DNA from: Nitrospirales bacterium
GTDB taxonomy: Bacteria; Nitrospirota; Nitrospiria; Nitrospirales; UBA8639
NCBI GenBank assembly: GCA_963555755.3
Contig: OY820905.2
Location: 544,001 to 608,000, forward strand
Length of the DNA stretch: 64,000 nt
Reading direction: 5' to 3'
Shown here one piece after another: positions 59,760 to 64,000 of this stretch. Position 1 is the stretch's first letter. The number at the start of each line of letters is the position of its first letter. The notes beneath the pieces were generated by a model, which was given only the letters and a program-made list of their open reading frames with translations, did not search any database and had not been told where the DNA came from. Made by a program: the position numbers and the translations under genes.

Positions 59760-62354
59760 TCACCCTCGAATGGTTGGGACGATTACGACCTGCCCGTCCT
59801 TATAATCGATCGTCACAGCATCGCCGTCCTTCACTTCGCCCTTGACCAACAACCTTGACAATGGCGTTTCAACGTCATGTTGAATCAATCGTTTCAATGG
59901 CCGCGCGCCATACATGGGATCGTACCCCCGCCTGCCCAAGTCAACCAACGCTTCAGGTGTAACATCTAACGTAATGCGTCGATCCGCTAATCGAGATTTC
60001 AGGCGAGCCAATTGAATATCCACGACTTGACTCAGTTCTTCAGGAGTCAAGGGATGAAAGACCACTGTCTCATCTACTCGATTCAAAAATTCAGGACGAA
60101 AATGATTTTTCATCTCGTTCATGACAATGGTCTGCAATTCCTCATACGTGCGACCATGTTGTTGTGCTTCAAGGATTTCCTGGCTAGCGATATTCGAGGT
60201 CATGATGAGGATCGTATTTTTAAAATCTACGGTTCGTCCTTGGGAATCCGTTAAACGACCATCATCAAGTACTTGGAGAAGGACATTAAACACATCATGA
60301 TGGGCCTTTTCGATTTCATCCAGAAGGATGACGGAAAACGGACGGCGCCGAATGGCTTCGGTTAATTGCCCACCTTCGTCATAGCCAATATACCCAGGAG
60401 GGGCACCAATGAGCCGTGCCACGGTGTGTTTTTCCATGTATTCGGACATATCGATTCGCACGAGATTGGCTTCGTCATCAAATAGAACGTGCGCTAAGGC
60501 TTTTGCCAATTCTGTTTTTCCCACACCAGTAGGGCCAAGAAATAAAAACGATCCAACGGGTCGATTGGGATCTTTAATCCCCGACCGTGCCCGCAGCACG
60601 GCATCCGCCACTGCACAGACGCCCTCTTCTTGCCCCACCACTCGATTGTGAAGCAACTCACTTAGCTTCAAGAGCTTTTCCATCTCGCCTTGAAGTAACC
60701 GACTGATGGGAATTCCTGTCCATCGGCTCACCACTTCCGCGATATCGTCTTCATCGACTTCCTCTTTTAATAGTCGTGAGTCCCCCTTGTCTTGATCAAG
60801 ATGTGCTTCTTCCGCTTCCAGATCGCGTTCGAGCCGCGGAAGCGTTCCATACCGAAGTTCAGCCACTCGATTGAGGTCATAGTCGCGCTCAGCCTTTTCA
60901 GTCTGATGCCGGATATCTTCGATCTGTTGCCGAATATGCTGCAACCGCCCTACCGAAGACTTTTCGGCTTCCCATTGTGTTGTTAATGCAGACAGTTCCT
61001 GGCGTTTCCCTTCAAGCTCCTCTTCGAGGGTTTCCAAGCGAGCCTTACTTCCATGGTCTTCTTCTTTTTTCAGCGCTTCCCGTTCAATCTCAAGCTGTAA
61101 TACTTTGCGCGAAATCTCATCGAGCTCCACCGGCATACTATCGATTTCGGTTCGAAGTCGAGCACCAGACTCATCAATTAAGTCAATGGCTTTGTCGGGA
61201 AGAAACCGATCTCCAATGTATCGATGAGACAGTCGTGCCGCAGCGACCAAAGCTGCATCCTTTATTCGAACGCCATGATGAACCTCGTACCGCTCCTTCA
61301 ACCCTCGAAGAATCGAAATGGTATTTTCTACGGATGGCTCCTCAACAAACACGGTTTGGAATCGACGTTCGAGGGCCGCATCCTTCTCAATATGTTTTCG
61401 ATATTCATCAAGTGTGGTGGCCCCAATCAAATGCAGCTCTCCTCTTGCCAACACTGGCTTCAACAGATTGGCGGCATCCATAGCTCCTTCCCCGGCACCC
61501 GCCCCAACCACTGTATGTAATTCATCGATAAAGAGAAGAATCTGCCCCTGCGAAGATTGAATCTCTTTCAGGACAGCCTTTAATCGTTCTTCAAATTCAC
61601 CACGAAACTTGGCTCCGGCAATGAGTGAGCCCATGTCTAACACCACGAGGCGTTTCTGCTTCAAACCTTCCGGTACATCCCCTTTGACAATGCGTTGCGC
61701 CAACCCTTCGACAATAGCCGTTTTCCCAACCCCAGGTTCACCAATCAACACTGGGTTATTTTTTGTTCGTCTCGAGAGAATTTGAATCGTACGACGAATT
61801 TCTTCGTCGCGGCCAATGACCGGATCGAGCTTACCTTGGCTTGCCAGTTGAGTCAGATCTATCCCATATTTTTCTAAGGATTGGTAGGTCCCTTCAGGAT
61901 CTGGACTGGTGACTCGCTGGTTTCCACGAACCTTTTGTAATCCAGCTAACAATTTATCGCGAGTGACACCCAACTCCTTCAAGACCCCACCGTCTTTCAC
62001 CATCGCCAGGAGCAAATGTTCGACACTCCCAAATTCATCTTTTAATGCCCGCATTTCAGCCTCGGCATGGGAAAGAAGGTTTGCCATCCGCTGCGTGAAA
62101 TGGATTTGTCCAGGAGCGGGACCGGAAACTTGCACTTGTGGAATTCGGGAAAGCACTTTTTCAGCAGAGGCTTTGACGGCGGAAACCGCCACTCCAGTTT
62201 TCTCAAAAATCGGGGCGGCCAATCCGTCAGGTTGTTCAAGTAAGGCAATCAACACATGCTCCACATCAATTCCCTGATGATTACGTCTCATGGCCAGAGA
62301 AGAAGCGGCCTGGATAGCTTCTTGCACTTTCAAAGTCATACGATTTCGATCCAT
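59760..62354 (-). CDS. clpB: ATP-dependent chaperone ClpB
   Basis: Two AAA+ modules ([16 protein letters not shown]) with middle coiled-coil domain. Confidence 0.97.
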   Translation of the reverse strand: MDRNRMTLKVQEAIQAASSLAMRRNHQGIDVEHVLIALLEQPDGLAAPIFEKTGVAVSAVKASAEKVLSRIPQVQVSGPAPGQIHFTQRMANLLSHAEAEMRALKDEFGSVEHLLLAMVKDGGVLKELGVTRDKLLAGLQKVRGNQRVTSPDPEGTYQSLEKYGIDLTQLASQGKLDPVIGRDEEIRRTIQILSRRTKNNPVLIGEPGVGKTAIVEGLAQRIVKGDVPEGLKQKRLVVLDMGSLIAGAKFRGEFEERLKAVLKEIQSSQGQILLFIDELHTVVGAGAGEGAMDAANLLKPVLARGELHLIGATTLDEYRKHIEKDAALERRFQTVFVEEPSVENTISILRGLKERYEVHHGVRIKDAALVAAARLSHRYIGDRFLPDKAIDLIDESGARLRTEIDSMPVELDEISRKVLQLEIEREALKKEEDHGSKARLETLEEELEGKRQELSALTTQWEAEKSSVGRLQHIRQQIEDIRHQTEKAERDYDLNRVAELRYGTLPRLERDLEAEEAHLDQDKGDSRLLKEEVDEDDIAEVVSRWTGIPISRLLQGEMEKLLKLSELLHNRVVGQEEGVCAVADAVLRARSGIKDPNRPVGSFLFLGPTGVGKTELAKALAHVLFDDEANLVRIDMSEYMEKHTVARLIGAPPGYIGYDEGGQLTEAIRRRPFSVILLDEIEKAHHDVFNVLLQVLDDGRLTDSQGRTVDFKNTILIMTSNIASQEILEAQQHGRTYEELQTIVMNEMKNHFRPEFLNRVDETVVFHPLTPEELSQVVDIQLARLKSRLADRRITLDVTPEALVDLGRRGYDPMYGARPLKRLIQHDVETPLSRLLVKGEVKDGDAVTIDYKDGQVVIVPTIRG

Positions 62355-62532
62355 AATTGACAGCACCCCTCCAACACGTTTTTAATTTCGTTCTTTTAAG
62401 GTAACCACCCTCTCCTTGAAATCAAGGCATGAGATACGAAAAGATCTCGTGACATGTTGACGGCAAATTGTTCAACTGTTTAGGAAGAGTACCAGGAAAA
62501 AATGAAGCAAGAAAGGAAAATTGGTGAAAGGG

Positions 62533-63495
62533 TTATGGCAAGGCGATCTGCTCGCATTCTAATTCAGTCTTAACCAATTCTAAGCGTGCAACGAGTTTTT
62601 TGACTTTTTGTTTCGTCAAATCTTGAAACTGCATAGTCATCAGAACCTGGGTAATATCCTTAGCCAAGATTTCTGACCGGGCATTCACCTCAATAACCAT
62701 GATTGCTAATTCATTGTTTTTCTCAGCCACCGTAGTATTCAAATGCCCTAAATTTTCCTTGGCCTGGTAGACACTACTCATATCCATTGCCCCCAGAGAT
62801 TCAAGTTCTTCAATCACCACGGCAACACTTGTGATAGCACCGTTCACCAATTTTTTAATGTTTGTTGCCGCAATCCCAGACCGACTCGCTAATTTCGCGA
62901 CTTCTTCTGCGACCACAGCAAACCCACGGCCATGCTCTCTGGCACGTGCTGCCTCAATAGCTGCATTCAAGGCAAGTAGTCGAGTTTGATCAGAAAGAAA
63001 CTCAATTTCCTCAAGAATTGGAGCAATGGCCCTTGTACTGGCTTCAACCTGTCTCACCACTGACCCTATTTGTAGCGCAACTTTGCTAGAATTATCGACT
63101 TCTTCCACAAAACTGTCCAATGCGTGGTCATAGGTCTCCGACCCACCATCTCCGGTCTCTTCTTCAACCTTCCTGACACTGGCCTGTTGGGTTTGACCTA
63201 CATCACGGTTTGCACGATCAGAAAGCATTTCTAAACGATCCATGAGACCACTAACCCCTGCCTCCATTTCATCGGAAATGATATGGATATCGCGAATGAC
63301 CTCAGGAATTATAGCAGCATATTTGCTGGATTGATTCTCTATGCAGTCTTGAGCTTTGGCTTCCATACGATTTTCAGCCTCCTGTAATTGAGGTAGAAAC
63401 CATTGTTTTTTGGAGTACATCGCACCAAGCCACATGCCCCCAATCAGGCCAACGCCAACACTGCAAAATGAGATTATCAAATATTCAGTAAGCAT
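62533..63495 (-). CDS. Short methyl-accepting chemotaxis protein
   Basis: Single N-terminal [36 protein letters not shown] tail. Confidence 0.85.
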   Translation of the reverse strand: MLTEYLIISFCSVGVGLIGGMWLGAMYSKKQWFLPQLQEAENRMEAKAQDCIENQSSKYAAIIPEVIRDIHIISDEMEAGVSGLMDRLEMLSDRANRDVGQTQQASVRKVEEETGDGGSETYDHALDSFVEEVDNSSKVALQIGSVVRQVEASTRAIAPILEEIEFLSDQTRLLALNAAIEAARAREHGRGFAVVAEEVAKLASRSGIAATNIKKLVNGAITSVAVVIEELESLGAMDMSSVYQAKENLGHLNTTVAEKNNELAIMVIEVNARSEILAKDITQVLMTMQFQDLTKQKVKKLVARLELVKTELECEQIALP

Positions 63496-63665
63496 ATATT
63501 TGTGAATGTTGAAGCTCTTTCATAAATTTTCGGACAATTTCAATCAACTCTTTAATGGAAATAAACTTCCTGCAAAATTACTGAAATATCAATATCTTAT
63601 GATTTCCCGACAAAAAATTCCTATGGCACCATGAAAGACTGATTTCGAATAGAAAATAGGACGGC

Positions 63666-64000
63666 CTAAGACAAAATGTGTTGAAATAGATCCCGGACTT
63701 GGCTGGTAATCATTCTGTACTCGGTAAGAAATGGAGCGGGATTGTTTTTGAGTTGTTGAGCATCATACCCCATCCGAATCGCACATTTGAGGATTTCCTT
63801 TTCCTCAACCGGTAAGGTATGGGTTTGAAGTTCATGCACCATCTGCAGTTTATGCTCGAGGTCTCGCAGATACAGGTAGTGTTTTTGTAGCCTCTCACCT
63901 TGATCTGGCAATAGATATTGATGCGCCACCAAAAGCCTTAGACTTTTGAGGGTATTGGGTTCAAAGAGTTGTGGCTTCAAGGCCACATGCATCAATTGAA
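63666..64000 (-). CDS. glnE: Glutamine synthetase adenylyltransferase, 3' end (continues beyond window)
   Basis: L...Y..LR.LEH.LQM....QTH.LP, A..MGY, VR..F. Confidence 0.75.
   Translation of the reverse strand, partial: QLMHVALKPQLFEPNTLKSLRLLVAHQYLLPDQGERLQKHYLYLRDLEHKLQMVHELQTHTLPVEEKEILKCAIRMGYDAQQLKNNPAPFLTEYRMITSQVRDLFQHILS

Overview
A 64-kb bacterial chromosomal window, probably Nitrospirota/Nitrospirales (inferred from gene content and repeat types). The right two-thirds is housekeeping backbone (purL, purF, mtnA, rtcB plus archease, AsmA-like, HtrA-type protease, clpB, glnE 3' end) interrupted by IS elements and MITEs. The left ~23 kb is an accessory islet: vapBC, a GAF/PAS-LuxR regulator gene, a second vapBC and an MNT/HEPN pair. 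The LuxR gene is cut into three pieces by two insertions with related IS1380-like ends (CCTA[A/G]AAACGGCAGTT) and 5-bp target duplications; removing both restores an open 361-aa frame. The first insertion is a 15.2-kb cargo unit (SGNH hydrolase, IS91 remnants, an IS66 carrying a DUF4338/Mom-like gene, IS200, a heme-c chemoreceptor, a CheW-CheW-CheA fusion, a repeat coiled-coil protein, a pyrB relic). The second is a ~160-bp MITE whose left terminal repeat is itself interrupted by an IS110/IS1111 element. The 3' non-coding region of that IS110 folds like a bridge/seek RNA whose guide segments match the MITE terminal repeat and the IS circle junction, i.e. an apparently RNA-programmed hyperparasite of another mobile element. 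Two unrelated transposase families (IS66, IS4) have each recruited a DUF4338/Mom-like domain. No CRISPR array, rRNA or tRNA was recognised. All family assignments come from motif recognition by eye, not database searches.
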